This document shows, one piece after another, positions 14,187-27,593 of a stretch of DNA of 64,000 nucleotides. This stretch comes from Squalus acanthias (lineage: Eukaryota), in NCBI GenBank assembly GCA_030390025.1, contig CM059431.1, forward strand, positions 145,516,001 to 145,580,000, written 5' to 3'. Position 1 is the first letter of the stretch. Each line of letters begins with the position of its first letter. The notes beneath the pieces are model-generated. The model worked only from the letters and a program-made list of their open reading frames with translations, did no database searches and was not told the DNA's origin. Made by a program: the position numbers and the translations under genes.

Positions 14187-16645
14187 CTCCCCGGGTTAAA
14201 CACTGTCTGATTTCACTGGGTCCTTACTCCCCGGGTTACACACTGTCTGATTTCACTGGGACCTTACTCCACGGCTTAAACAATTTCTGATCTCACTTGG
14301 CCCATCCTCACCGGGATACAAACTGTCTGTTCCCACTGGGCCCACCTCCCCATCCCCCCGCCCCCCCGCCCCCCGCTGATTACACACTGTCTGATCTCAC
14401 TGTGCCCATCATCCTCGATTTACACACTTTCTGATCTCACTGGGCCCATTCTCCCCGGGTTACACACTGTCTGATCTCACTGGGCCCATCCGCCCCGGGT
14501 TACACACTGTCTGATCTCACTGGGCCCATCCAGCCCGGGTTCACACTATCTGGTCTTACTCGGCCGATCCTCTCCGTGTTAAACACGGTGTGTTCTTACC
14601 GGGCCCATCCTCCCCGTGTTACACACTGTCTGTTCTCACTCGGTCCAACCTCCCCGGGCGAGGCACTGTTGATCTCATTTGGCACATCCTCCCCGGGTTA
14701 CAAACTGTCTGATCTCAATGGGCCTATCCCCCCCCCCGCTTGATTACACACTTCTGATCTCACTGGTCCCATCCTCCCCGGGTTACACACTGTCTGACCT
14801 CACTGGGCCAATCCTCCCGGGGTTACACACTGTCTGATCTCACTGTGCCCATGCTCCCCGGATAACACACTGTCTGATCTCACTGGGCTCATCCTCCCCG
14901 GGTTACACACTGTCTGGGCTCCCTCGGCCGATCCTCTCCGTGTTACACACGGTGTGTTCTCCCTGGGCCCATCCTCCCCGTGTTACACACTGTCTGGTCT
15001 CACTCGGTCCATCCTCCCCGGGCGAGGCACTGTTGATCTCACTGGTCCCATCCTCCCCGGGTTACACACTGTCTGACCTCACTGGACCAATCCTCCCAGA
15101 GTTACACACTGTCTGATCTCCCTGTGCCCATCCTCTCCGGGTTACTCACTGTCTGATCTCACTGTGCCCATCCTCCCAGTGTTACACACTGTGTGATCTC
15201 ACTGTGCCCATCCTCCCCAGGTTACACACTGTCTGATCTCACTGTGCCAATCCTCCCCGGGTTACACAATGTCTGATCTCACTGTGCCACTGCTCCCCGG
15301 GTTACACACTGTCTGATCTCACTGGGCTCATCCTCCCCGGATTACACACTGTCTGATCTCACTGTGCCCATCCTCCCCGGGTTACACACTGTCTGATCTC
15401 ACTGTGCCCATCCTCCCCGGTATACACACTGTCTGACCTCACTGTGTCCAACCTCCCCGTGTTACACAAAATCTGATCTAACTGGGCCCATCCTCCCCGG
15501 GTTACACACTGCCTGATCTCACTGGGCCCATTCTCCCCGGGTTATACACTATCTGATCTCACTGTGCCCATCCTCCCACAGTTACTCACTGTCTGATCTC
15601 ACTGTGCCCATCCTTCCCCGGTTAATCACTGTCTGATCTCACTGGGCCTATCCTCCCCGGGTTACACACTGTCTGATTTCACTGGGCCCATCCTCCCCGG
15701 GTTACACACTGACTGACCTCACTGGGGCCATCCTCCCCAGGTTACGCACCGTCTGATCTCACTGGGCCCATCCACCCCGGGTTACACACTGCCTGACCTC
15801 ACTAGGTCCATCCTCCACGGGTTACACACTACCTGATCTCACTGGGCGTATCCTCAGCGGGTTACACACTGTCTGTTCTCATTGAGCCTATCCTCCTTGC
15901 GTTACTCATTGTCTGATATCACTGGGCCCATCATCCTCGGGTTCCACACTGTCTAATCTCAATGGGCCCATCCTCACCGGGTTACACACTGTCTCACCTC
16001 ACTGTGCCCTTCCACACCGGGTTACACACTGTCACATCTCACTTGGCCCATCCACCTCGGTTTAAAAACGGTCTGATCTGACTGGACCTATCCTCCTCGG
16101 GTTACACACTGTTGATCTCATTGGGCCAATCCTCCCCGGGTTACACACTGTCTGAACCCTCTTTGCCTCCACTCCCTGTGTTACACATTGTTAGATCTCA
16201 CTGGGCCTATCTTCCGCGTGTTACACAAGTTCTGATCACACTTGGCCCATTCTCCGCGGATTACACACTGTCTGCTCTCACTGGGCCAATCCTTCCCGGG
16301 GTACAACCTGTCTGATCTCACTGGGAACATCCTCCCTGTGTAACACACTCTCTGATCCCACTGGGCCCATCGTCCTCGGGATATAGTCTGCCTGATCTCA
16401 CTGGGCCCATCCTCCCCGTGTTGTGCATTGCCTCATCTCACTGGGCCCATCCTCCCCGGGTTACACACTATCTGATCACACTGTGCCCATCCTCCCCGGG
16501 TTACACACTGTCTGATCCCACGGGGCCCATCCTCCCCGGGTTACCCACTGTCTGATCCCACGGGGCCCATCTTCCCCGGGTTAATCACTGCCTGATCTCA
16601 CTGGGCCCATGCTCCTCGGTTTACACCTTGTCTGATCTCACTAGC

Positions 16646-18149
16646 CTTAAGAAATATATTTGACTCCTTCTTGAATATATTTAATGAATTGGCCTCAACT
16701 GCCTTCTGTGGTAGAGAAGTCCACAGTTTCACCACTCTCTGGGTGAAGAAATTCCTCCTCATCTCTGCCCTAAACGGCTTACTCCTTAACCTTAGATTAT
16801 GACCCCTGGTTGTGGACTCCCCCGCCATCGGGAACAACCTTCCTGCATCTAGCCTGTCTAGTCCTGTTAGAATTTTATAAGTTTCAATGAGATCCCTCTC
16901 ATTCTTCTCAACTCTAGCGAATACAAGCCCAATCGACCCAATCTCTCCTCATACGTCATTCCTGCAATCCCAGGTATCAGCCTGGTGAATCTTCGCTGCA
17001 CTCCCTCCAAGGCAAGAACATCGTTCCTCAGATAAGGCGATCAAAACTGCACACAATACTCAAGGTGTGATCTCACCAAGGCCCTGTACAACTGCAGGAA
17101 GACATCCTTGCTCCTGTACTCGAATCCTCTCGCTATGAAGGCCAACATACCATTTGCCTTCTTAAACGCCTGCTGCACCTGCACGCTTAGCTTCAGCGAC
17201 TGGTGCACAAGGACACCCAGAGCTCATTGCACTTCCACTTCTCCCACTCTATTGCCGTTCAGATAATCATCTGCCTTCCTGTTTTTGCCACCAAAGTGGA
17301 TAATCTCGCATTTATCCACATTATACGGCATCTGCCATGCATCTGCCCAATCACCCAACTTGTCCAAATCATACTGGAGTTTCTCTGCATCCTCCTCACA
17401 GCACACACGCCCACCCAGCTTTGTGTCACCTGCAAACCTAGAGATATTACATATAGTTCCCCCGTCTAGATCATTAATATATAGTGAATAGCTGGTGTCC
17501 TAGCACCGATCCCTGCGGTACCCCACTAGTCACTGCCTGCCACTTCGAAAAAGACCCGTTTATTCCAACTCTTTGCTTCCTGTCTGCCAACCAGTTCTCT
17601 ATCCAAGTCAGTACCTTACCCCCAACCCCATGTGCTTCAAATTTGCACGCTAACCTCTTATGCGGGACCTTATCGTAAGCCTTCTGAAAGTCCAAATACA
17701 CCACATCCACTGTTTCTTCCTTATTCAGTCTACCAGTTACATCCTCAAAAAATTCCAGTAGATTAGTCAAGTACGATTTACCTTTTGTAAATCTATGTTG
17801 AGTTTGTCCGATCCTGTCACTGTTTTCAAAGTGCTCTGCTATTACATCTGTTATAATGGAGTCTAGCATTTTCCCCACTATCGATGCCGTTTTCTCTCCA
17901 CCGCCTTTTTTAAATAGTGGGGTTACATTAGCTACCCTCCAATCCATGGGAACTGTGCCAGAGTCTATAGAATTTTGGAAGATGACCAGCAATGCATCTA
18001 CTATTTCTGGGGCCACTTCCTTTAGTACCCTAGTATGTAGATTGTCAGACCCGGGGGATTTATCGGCCTTCAATCCCGTCAAATTGCCGAACACCATTTC
18101 CCTACAAATACTGATTCCATTCAGCTCCTCCCTCTCATTAGACCGTATC
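16646..18149 (-). mobile_element. CR1 LINE RT fragment, satellite copy 4 (type B)
   Basis: Near-identical to copy 2, offset 7032, same 24-bp deletion. Confidence 0.95.
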
Positions 18150-19689
18150 CTCCCCGGGTTAAACACTGTCTGATTTCACTGGTTCCTTACTCCCCGGGTT
18201 ACACACTGTCTTATCACACTGGGCCCATCCGCCCCGGGTTACACACTGTCTGATCTCACTGGGCCCATCCTCCCCGGGTTACACACTGCCCGATCACACT
18301 GGGTCCATCCTCCCCGGGTTACACACTGTCTGATCTCACTGGGCCCATCCTCCCCGAGTTACACACTGTCTGATCTCACTGGGCCCATCCTCCCCGGGTG
18401 ACGCACTGTCTGACATCATTGGGCCCATCCTCCCCGGCTTAAACAATTTCTGATCTCACTTGGCCCATCCTCACCGGGATACAAACTGTCTGCTCCCACT
18501 GGGCCCACCTCCCCGGGTTACACATTGTCTGATCTCAATGGGCCCATCCCCTCGCACCCCCCCCCCCCCCCACCCTCCGCTGATTACACACTGTTTGATG
18601 TCACTGGGCCCGTCCTCCCCGGGTTACACAGTGTCGGATGTCACTGTACCCATCCTCCCCGCATTACACACTGTCTGACATCATTGGGGCCCATCCTCAC
18701 CGGGTTACACACTTTCTGATATCACTGGGCCCATCCTCCTGGGTTACACACTGTCTGTCCACACTGGGCCAATCCTCCCCGCGTTACAGACTGTATGATC
18801 TCACTGTGCCCATGCTCCCCGGGTTACACACTGCCTGATCTCACTGGGCTCATCCTCCCCGGGTTACACACTGTCTGATCTCACTGGGCCCATCCACCCC
18901 GGGCTCACACTGTCTGGTCTCACTCGGCCGATCCTCTCCGTGTTAAACACGGTGTGTTCTTACTGGGCCCATCCTCCCCGTGTTGCACACTGTCTGGTCT
19001 CACTCGGTCCATCCTTCCTGGGCGAGGCACTGTTGATCTCACTTGGCCCATCCTCCCCGGGTGACACACTGTCTGATCTCAATGGGTCTATCCCCCACCC
19101 CTGATTACACACTGTCTGATCTCACTGGTCCCATCCTCCCCGGGTTACACACTGTCTGACCACACTGGGCCATTCCTCCCAGGGTTACACACTGTCTGAT
19201 CTCATTGTGCCTATCCTCCACAGGTTACACTCTGTCTGATCTCTCTGTGCCTCCACTCCCTGTGTTACACATCGTTAGATCTCACTGGGCCTATCTTCCG
19301 CGTGTTACACAAGTTCTGATCACACTGGGCCCATTCTCCGCGGATTACACACTGTCTGATCTCACTGGACCAATCCTTCCCGGGTTACAACCTGTCTGAT
19401 CTCACTGGGAACATCCTCCCCGTGTTACACACTCTCTGATCCCACTGGGCCCATCCTCCTCGGGATATAGTCTGCCTGATCTCACTGGGCCCATCCTCCC
19501 CGGGTTGTGCATTGCCTCATCTCACTGGGCCCATCCTCGCCGGACTACACACTATCTGATCACACTGTGCCCATCCTCCCCGGGTTACACACTGTCTGAT
19601 CTCACGGGGCCCATCCTCCCCGGGTTACACACTGCCTGATCTCACTGGGCCCATGTTCCTTGGTTTACACGTTGTCTGATCTCACTAGC

Positions 19690-21216
19690 CTTAAGAAATA
19701 TATTTAACTCCTTCTTGAATATATTTAATGAATTGGCCTCAACTGCCTTCTGTGCTAGAGAAGTCCACAGTTTTACAACTCTCTGGGTGAAGAAATTCCT
19801 ACTCATCTCTGTCCTAAATGGATTACCCCTTATCCTTAGATTATGACCCCTGGTTCTGGACTCCCCCGCGTTCGGGAACAACCTTCCTGCATGTAGCCTG
19901 TCCAGTCTTGTTAGAATTTTATAAGTTTCAATGAGATCCCTCTCATTCTTCTAAACTCTAGCGAATACAAGCCCAATCGACCCGATCTCTCCTCATACGT
20001 CATTCCTGCCATCCCAGGTATCAGCCTGGTGAATCTTCGCTGCACTCCCTCCATGGCAAGAACATCCATCCTCGGATAAGGCGATCAAAACTGCACACAA
20101 TACTCAAGGTGTGGCCTCACCAAGACCCTGTACAACTGCAGGAAGACATCCTTGCTCCTATACTCGAATCCTCTCGCTATGAAGGCCAACATACCATTTG
20201 CCTTCTTAAACGCCTGCTGCACCTGCACGCTTAGCTTCAGCGACTGGTGCACAAGGACACACAGAGCTCATTGCACTTCCACTACTCCCACTCTATTGCC
20301 GTTCAGATAATCATCTGCCTTCCTGTTTTTGCCACCAAAGTGGATAATCTCGCATTTATCCACATTATACGGCATCTGCCATGCATCTGCCCAATCACCC
20401 AACTTGTCCAAATCGTACTGGAGTTTCTCTGCATCCTCCTCACAGCACACACGCCCACCCAGCTTTGTGTCACCTGCAAACTTTGAGATATTACATATAG
20501 TTCCTTCGTCTAGATCATTAATATATAGTGAATAGCTGGTGTCCTAGCACCGATCCCTGCAGTACCCCACTAGTCACTGCCTGCCACTTCGAAAAAGACC
20601 CGTTTATTCCAACTCTTTGCTTCCTGTCTGCCAACCAGTTCTCTATCCAAGTCAGTACCTTACCCCCAACCCCATCTGCTTCAAATGTGCACGCTATCCT
20701 CTTATGCGGGTCCTTATCGTAAGCCTTCTGAAAGTCCAAATACACCACATCCACTGTTTCTTCCTTATTCAGTCTACCAGTCACATCCTCAAAAAATTCC
20801 AGTAGATTAGTCAAGTACGATTTACCTTTTGTAAATCTACGTTGAGCTGTCCCATCCTGTCACTGTTTTCAAATTGCTCTGCTATTACATCTTTTATAAT
20901 GGAGTCTAGCATTTTCCCCACTACCGATGCCAGGCTTACCGGTCTATAGTTCCCCGTTTTCTCTCCACCACCTTTTTTAAATAGTGGGGTTACATTAGCT
21001 ACCCTCCAATCCATGGGAACTGTGCCAGAGTCTATAGAATTTTGGAAGATGACCAGCAATGCATCTATTATTTCTGTGGTCACTTCCTGAAGTATCCTAG
21101 GATGAAGATTGTCAGAACCTGGGGATTTATCGGCCTTCAATCCCGACAAATTGCCTAACACCATTTCCCTACAAATACTGATTTCATTCAGCTCCTCCCT
21201 CTCATTAGACCCTATC
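19690..21216 (-). mobile_element. CR1 LINE RT fragment, satellite copy 5 (type C, more divergent)
   Basis: Same boundaries and FTIY frameshift; lacks the A- and B-specific lesions and has private ones. Confidence 0.95.
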
Positions 21217-23040
21217 CTCCCCGGGTTAAACACTGTCTGATTTCACTGGGTCCTTACTCCCCGGGTTACACACTGTCTGATCTCACTGGGCCCATCCTGC
21301 CCGGTTTACACACTGTCTGTTCACACTGGGTCCATCCTCCCCGGGTTACCCACTGTCTGATCTCACTGGGCCCATCCTCCCCGGGTTGCACACTGTCTGA
21401 TCTCGCTGGGCCCATCCTCCCCGGGTTACTCACTGTCTGATATCAGTGGGCCCATCTACCCCGGCTTAAACAATTTCTGATCGCACTTGGCCCATCCTCC
21501 CCGGGATACAAACTGTCTGTTCCCACTGGGCCCACCTCCCCGGGTTACACATTGTCAGATCTCAATGGGCCCATTCCCCCGCACCCCCCCCCCCCGCTAC
21601 TTACACACTGTCTGATCTCACTGGCCCCATCCTCCCCGGGTAACACAGTGTCGCATGTCACTGTACCCATCCTCCCCGTATTACACACTGCCTGACATCA
21701 TTGGGGCCCATCCTCACCGTGTTACACACTTTCTGATATCACTGGGCCCATCCTCCCGGGTTACACACTGTCTGTCCTCACTGGGCCAATCCTCCCCGCG
21801 TTACAGACTGTATGATCTCACTGTGCCCATCATCCTCGGTTTACACACTGTCTGATCTCACTGGAACCATTCTCCCCGGGTTACAAACTGTCTAATCTCA
21901 CTGGGCCCATCCACCCCGGGTACACACTGTCTGGTCTCACTCGGCCGATCCTCTCCGTGTTACACACGGTGTGTTCTCACTGGGCCCATCCACCCCGTGT
22001 TACACAGTGTCTGGTCTCACTCGGTCCATCCTCCCCGGGCGAGGCACTGTTGATCTCACTTGGCCTATCCCCCGCCCCCTGATAACACACTTCTGATCTC
22101 ACTGGTCCCATCCTCCCCGGGTTACACACTGTCTGATCTCACTTAGCCCATCCTCTCCGGGTTACTCACTGTCTGATCTCACTGTGCCCATCCTCCCAGT
22201 GTTACACACTGTCTGATCTCACTGTGCCAATCCTCCCCGGGTTACACACTGTCTGATCTCACTGGGCCCATTCTCCCCGGGTTACACACTCTCTGATCTC
22301 ACTGGGCCCATCCTCCCCGGGTTCACTCTGTCAGGTCTCACTCGGACGATCCTCTCCGTGTTACACACGGTGTGTTCTCACTGGGCCCATCCTCCCCGTG
22401 TTACACACTGTCTGGTCTCACTCGGTCCATCCTCCCCGGGCGAGGCACTGTTGATCTCACTTGGCCCATCCTCCCCGGGTTACACACTGTCTGATCTCAA
22501 TGGGCCTATCCCCCCCCCTCCTTATTACACACTTCTGATCTCACTGGTCCCATCCTCCCCGGGTTACACACTGTCTGACCTCACTGGGCCAATCCTCCCA
22601 GGTTTAGACACTGTCTGATCTCACTGTGCCCATCCTACCCGGGTTACACACTGTCTGATCTCACTGTGCCAATCCTCCCCGGTTTACACACTTTCTGATC
22701 TCACTGTGCCCATGCTCCCCGGGTTACACACTGTCTGATCTCACTGGGCTCATCCTTTCCTGGTCACTCACTGTCTGATCACACTGGGCCCATCCTCCCC
22801 GGGTTACACACTGTCTGATCTCACTGTGCCCATCCTCCCCCGGTTAATCACTGTCTGATCTCACTGGGCCTATCCTCCCCGGTTTACACACTGTCTGATC
22901 TCACTGGGCCCATCCTCCCCGGGTTACACACTGTCTGATCTCACTGGGCCCATCCTCCCCGGGTTACTCACTGTCTGATCTCACTGTGCCCATCCTCCCC
23001 ATTGAATACACTGATCTCACTGGCAATCGCATTCTATCTT

Positions 23041-23450
23041 GCACAACTCTGCAAACCCTCAGCTCCGAGGCTGTGAGGTTAATTTTTATTTTTCCACATA
23101 GTGAAAGTCCGGCTGACTTAGAGTTCCGCATTTTCCCTCACCCAGCCGGAAAAGCGCCTTTTTTCTCCATGTTGCAGAAACTGTCCCATCTCACTGGGCC
23201 CATCCGCCATTCCTGAACCAATCCCCGTATCATGACCTGTTCAGTACCTCCCTTGGGGCTTACGTCCCGGAGCATCTCGTATATTATTGTGACCCTGTTT
23301 AATCCATTCCCTGGGGTTTATATCCCGGACCATCACTTGTATTATGCCTGGGTTCAGTGCATTCACTGAGGTTTATATCCCGGAGCAGCCCCTGTATTCT
23401 GACCTGTTGAAATACATTTCCGTGGAATGTATATCCCGAAACAAACCTGC
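23041..23450. repeat. Block ending in degenerate ~48-bp repeats (GGGGTTTATATCCCGG core), paralogous to 43727-44100
   Basis: CAACTCTGCAAACCCTCAGCTCCGAGGCTGTG aligns with CAACTCTCAAAGCCCTCAGCCCCGGGGCTGTG; both are followed by the same short tandem repeat. Confidence 0.75.
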
Positions 23451-23589
23451 TACACTCTAAAGTCCCTCGCTGTGATCTAAACTCTGGACTGAGCAGCCGC
23501 GCTGTCAGGTATTCTGCTGAATGGAGCCGAGTTCCCTCAGTCACAGAACGTGGCCCCTGTAACCCGAAGAACGATGCTGTTTCTTACCG

Positions 23590-23860
23590 TCACTCTAATA
23601 CCGGCCCGCGCCGCCCGACAAACACCAAACCCCGCCCACTGGATAGCGCCACTTTAACGGCTGCGACTCCCCTGTATCCCGGAAAATGATCCTGCTCCTC
23701 ACCGTCTCTCACCGATTGCCGTGCGCCTCCCGGCACAAGAGGCAAACTGACCGGTGCCTGGGAAACCCCGGAAAAACGGCAGGGAGCAAGACTGCGCCTG
23801 CGTGGGAGCAAGGGACCAAGACTGCGCCTGCGCAACATAGCCAGGCTACATTGTCGGTAA
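23590..23860. promoter_or_regulatory. Small CpG-rich promoter-like segment
   Basis: GC box CCCCGCCC near 23630, CCGGAA ETS-like sites, and a direct repeat AGGGA(G/C)CAAGACTGCGCCTGCG at 23781 and 23811 (NRF1-like TGCGCCTGCGCA). Confidence 0.35.
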
Positions 23861-24149
23861 TTTTTTGGTGTAACTGGATAGATGGCCTCAATGGACTCCA
23901 CTTGTTCCTCTATGTCTATGGTCTTGTATTGTACGATAATAATAGCATGTGTTAATTATCTGGAAACATTATCAATAGTCTATCACATAAAGGCTCTCTC
24001 TAAACAGTTGCAATAAACGTGTCTCATTTAATTAGAACCAGCAGATCGACTGACATTTGGAACGAGTGAAAGGTTTCACTAGAAGTGTGATGTCTGAGGT
24101 GTAACAGGGAATTAATGTGACAGGAGATTAATTGGGCCAAAAGTAAAGC

Positions 24150-24840
24150 GAACCCCGTATTCTGTAACTATGCCCCCTATTTCTAAATACCCTCACTGGG
24201 GGAAACATCCTCTCATCATTCACCCTGTCAATCCCCCTCAGAATCTTATATGTATCAATAAGATCACCTTTAATTCTTCTAAACTCCAATGGGTATGGGC
24301 CCAACCTGCTCAGCCTTTCGTCATATGTCAACACCTTCATCCCAGTAATCAACCTAGTGAACCTTCTCTGCACTACCTCCAATGCAAGTATGTCCTTCCT
24401 TAAATATGGTGACTAAAATTGTATGCAGTGCTCCAGGTGCGGTGTCACCAGCGCCCTGTAAAGTTGCATCAAAATTTCCCTACTTTTATACTCCATACCC
24501 CTTGCAATAAATGCCAACATTCCATTCGCCTTTCTAATTACTTGCTGTAACTGCATGCTAACTTTTTGTGTTTCATGTACTAGGACCCCCAGATCCCTTT
24601 GTACCAAGCATTCTGTAGTCCCACTCCATTTAAATAATAATTTGCTTTTTCAGTCTTCCTTCCAAATTGGATAGCCTCACATTTTCCCACATTATACCTC
24701 ATCTGCCAAATTTTTGCCCACTCACTTAACCAATCTATATCCGTTTGCACACTATTTGTGTCTTCCTCACAATTTCCTAACCCACCTATCATTGTACCAT
24801 CAGCAAATTTGGCTACAGTACACTCGATCTCTTCATTCAA
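24150..24840 (-). mobile_element. CR1 RT fragment inserted in copy 1 of the triplicated unit
   Basis: ORFs [30 protein letters not shown]; absent from copy 2. Confidence 0.9.
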
Positions 24841-26457
24841 CTTTACAAAAAAGAATTAATTCATTTCTGTTGAATCTCGATGGCATTGCTCAAACTCCAA
24901 CTGATGAACTGGAATGTCTTTTCACTGCGTCTGTAGGAGGAGGCCAGAACGGCAGGCGGACATGTGCAAATGTTGCAACATATGCGATCATCTGGAGCAA
25001 CGTTCTCTTTACAAAAAGTGTTGAAGCAGGCTTTATCAATATAAGAAGCGTTATTAAACCATGGCAAGAGGAAGTATTACGCATTATGTGTATCCATATA
25101 AACTACTGCTCCTACACATCAGCTTTATAATCTTATTTTAATGTTGTGGCTATTGTATTAAAATTATACAGAAGATGTCCCTACTCCTGGACTGCCGACT
25201 GCACAGACAGGAATTCACATTGAATATTTCACGGTCTTTCGGATATAAATTGGAGACAAGGCCTGTTGTACTGAGATCTGACAGATTGTTACCCTGAAAA
25301 TAGAGGAAATCACTCACTGAAAATAACTGAACAAGGAAGTAACAAAACCAGCATCACATGTTCGGAGTTTAGTGAAGAACATTAACCCTGAACATTCAAA
25401 CAGTGTTTCTAACCATGAAGCTGCGATTCCAATAACGGATTTTTACAACACCAGACCTGACACTGCGGGTTTACTGAATCCACCGTCCGTTCCAGCTGTA
25501 CAGAACATTAAGCAGCGCCGCATCAACAGAAATACATCAATAAATAGTCGCATTGTTAGAAATAGACCCCGTCAGCTCTGAAAATCTAATTATCATAAAC
25601 CATCTAAATCTATTACTGGCAGCAGTAACCATTTAAATTGCTGCTAAAATACTGAATTCGATGGCAAAACCTTTGACAGTCACCTTCTTTACACATCGGA
25701 ATGTTATAACATTGGAATTTAAACGTCATTTTATGAAACTCCAGTCCTGTTTAGAGAACTGAAACAACTTGTTTTTATTTCCTGTTAAAATCTGATCCCC
25801 ACAACAATAGCGTGACTGTGTTGAAAGAGCCGGGAAGTAAATCTAGAAAGTATGGGGACAAACACCGCTCTCAGTTTAATAACATGTCGCCCTGGGAGCT
25901 ACTAGGCGTGCGGGATCCTCAATACCCAGGACCGACACTGAGGCATCGGTGGCATCGATGCTATCTGAATTTGGGTCTCAGAATCCCAACAAGATCAACC
26001 CCAGCCCCAGCAGCACCAGACACACCAGCAGCACCAACAACACAAAACTTCTCCGCAATCAACTGATGCTTCCCAGGACACAGGACATCAGCACCCGACC
26101 ACACTGCCGACCGGGACGCCAGGGAAGGCCTCACCATGGCCAGATTTACTTCACTTGGTGCTGTACACCCTGCCTGCCACATGATGCACCAGGATGACAC
26201 AACACCTCACCAACAACATAAAGCATCCCTACAATGCATAATCAATTCCTTTCACACTCATCAGCATTGTGGGGTTACCGTTATGTCCCACCATTCAATG
26301 CCACTCACGAAGCCACTTCCAAAGGTGCACACAAATCTGTTCATGAACGGAAAGTGTTGAAAATAAATATTTCAATGTTTGACAGCACTTTAACAGAAAG
26401 TTCATATGAACTTTGTCTAAAACACAAAAGTGCCTAACCTTGCGTGTTGTTGTAAGA

Positions 26458-27593
26458 GCATAAGAAAATAAGAAATAGGAGCAGGAGTAGGCCATTTGGA
26501 CATTCGAGACTGCTCCGATAGCCGAAAAGATCATGGCTGATCTTCTACCTCATCTCCAATTTCCTGCACTATCCCCATATCCCTTGTTTCCCTTAATATT
26601 CAAATATCTATCGATCTCTCTCTTGAATATACTGAACGTCGAGTCTTCACGGCCCTCTGTGGTAGAGAATTCCAAGGATTCATGACCTTCTGAGTGAAGA
26701 AATATCTCCTCATCTCAGTCCTAAAGGGCCGGCTCCTTATTCTGAGATTGTGACCCCTGATTCTAGACTCCCCAGCCAGGGGAAACATCAACCCTGCCTC
26801 TACCCTGTCAAGTCCTGTAATAATTTTGTATGTTTCAATGAGATCACCTATCATTCTTCTAAACTCTAAAGAATATAATCCTAATCGATTCAATCTGTCC
26901 TCATACGACAATCCCCCCATCCCAGGAATCAGTCTGGTGAAATTCGTTGGACTACCTCTGTGGCAAGTATATCTTTCCTTAGGTAAGGAGACGAAAACAG
27001 TACACAATACTCCGGTGTGGTCTCACCAGGGCCCTATATAATTGCAGTAAGACGTATTTACTCTTATATTCAAATCCTCTTGTAATAAAGGCCAAATTAC
27101 CATTTGTTTTCCTAATTGCTTGCTGTACCTGCATGTTAACTTTCAGTGATTTCCCATTCTCTCAACATTTAAAAAATACACTGCTTTTCTATTTTTCCTA
27201 CCAAAGTGGATAACTTCACATTTCTCCACGTTATATTCCATTTTCCATGTTCTTGCCCACTCACTTAGCCTGTCTATATCTCCTTGGAGCCTTTTTGCAT
27301 CCTGCTCACAACTTACATGCCCACCCAGCTTTATATCATCACAAATCTGGATATATTACATTTGGTCCCTTCATCCAAATCATTGATGTAGATTGTGAAT
27401 AGCTGCGGCCCAAGCACTAATCCTTGCGATCCCCCATTTGATGCAGCCTGCCAACCTGAAAATGGCCCGTTTATTACTACTTTCTTTTTTCTGGCCGTTA
27501 AACAATCTTCAATACATGTTAGTTTATTACCCACAATCCCAAGTCCCCTAATTTTGTTCAATAAACTCTTGTGTGGCACTTTATCGAATGCCA
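26458..27593 (-). mobile_element. 5'-truncated CR1 with 3' tail, part of the duplicated unit
   Basis: CATAAGAAAATAAGAAATAGGAGCAGGAGTAGGCC 3' end; [21 protein letters not shown]. Confidence 0.92.

Larger units (their letters stand above)
5121..23025. repeat. 40-bp satellite, consensus CTGATCTCACTGGGCCCATCCTCCCCGGGTTACACACTGT, interrupted by five CR1 fragments
   Basis: Clear 40-nt periodicity (e.g. 8130-9070, 15050-16110, 22600-23000). Confidence 0.97.

Noticed and set aside
5121..23025. CRISPR-like regular array
   Set aside because: Units are contiguous with no unique spacers, no cas genes, and the context is eukaryotic.
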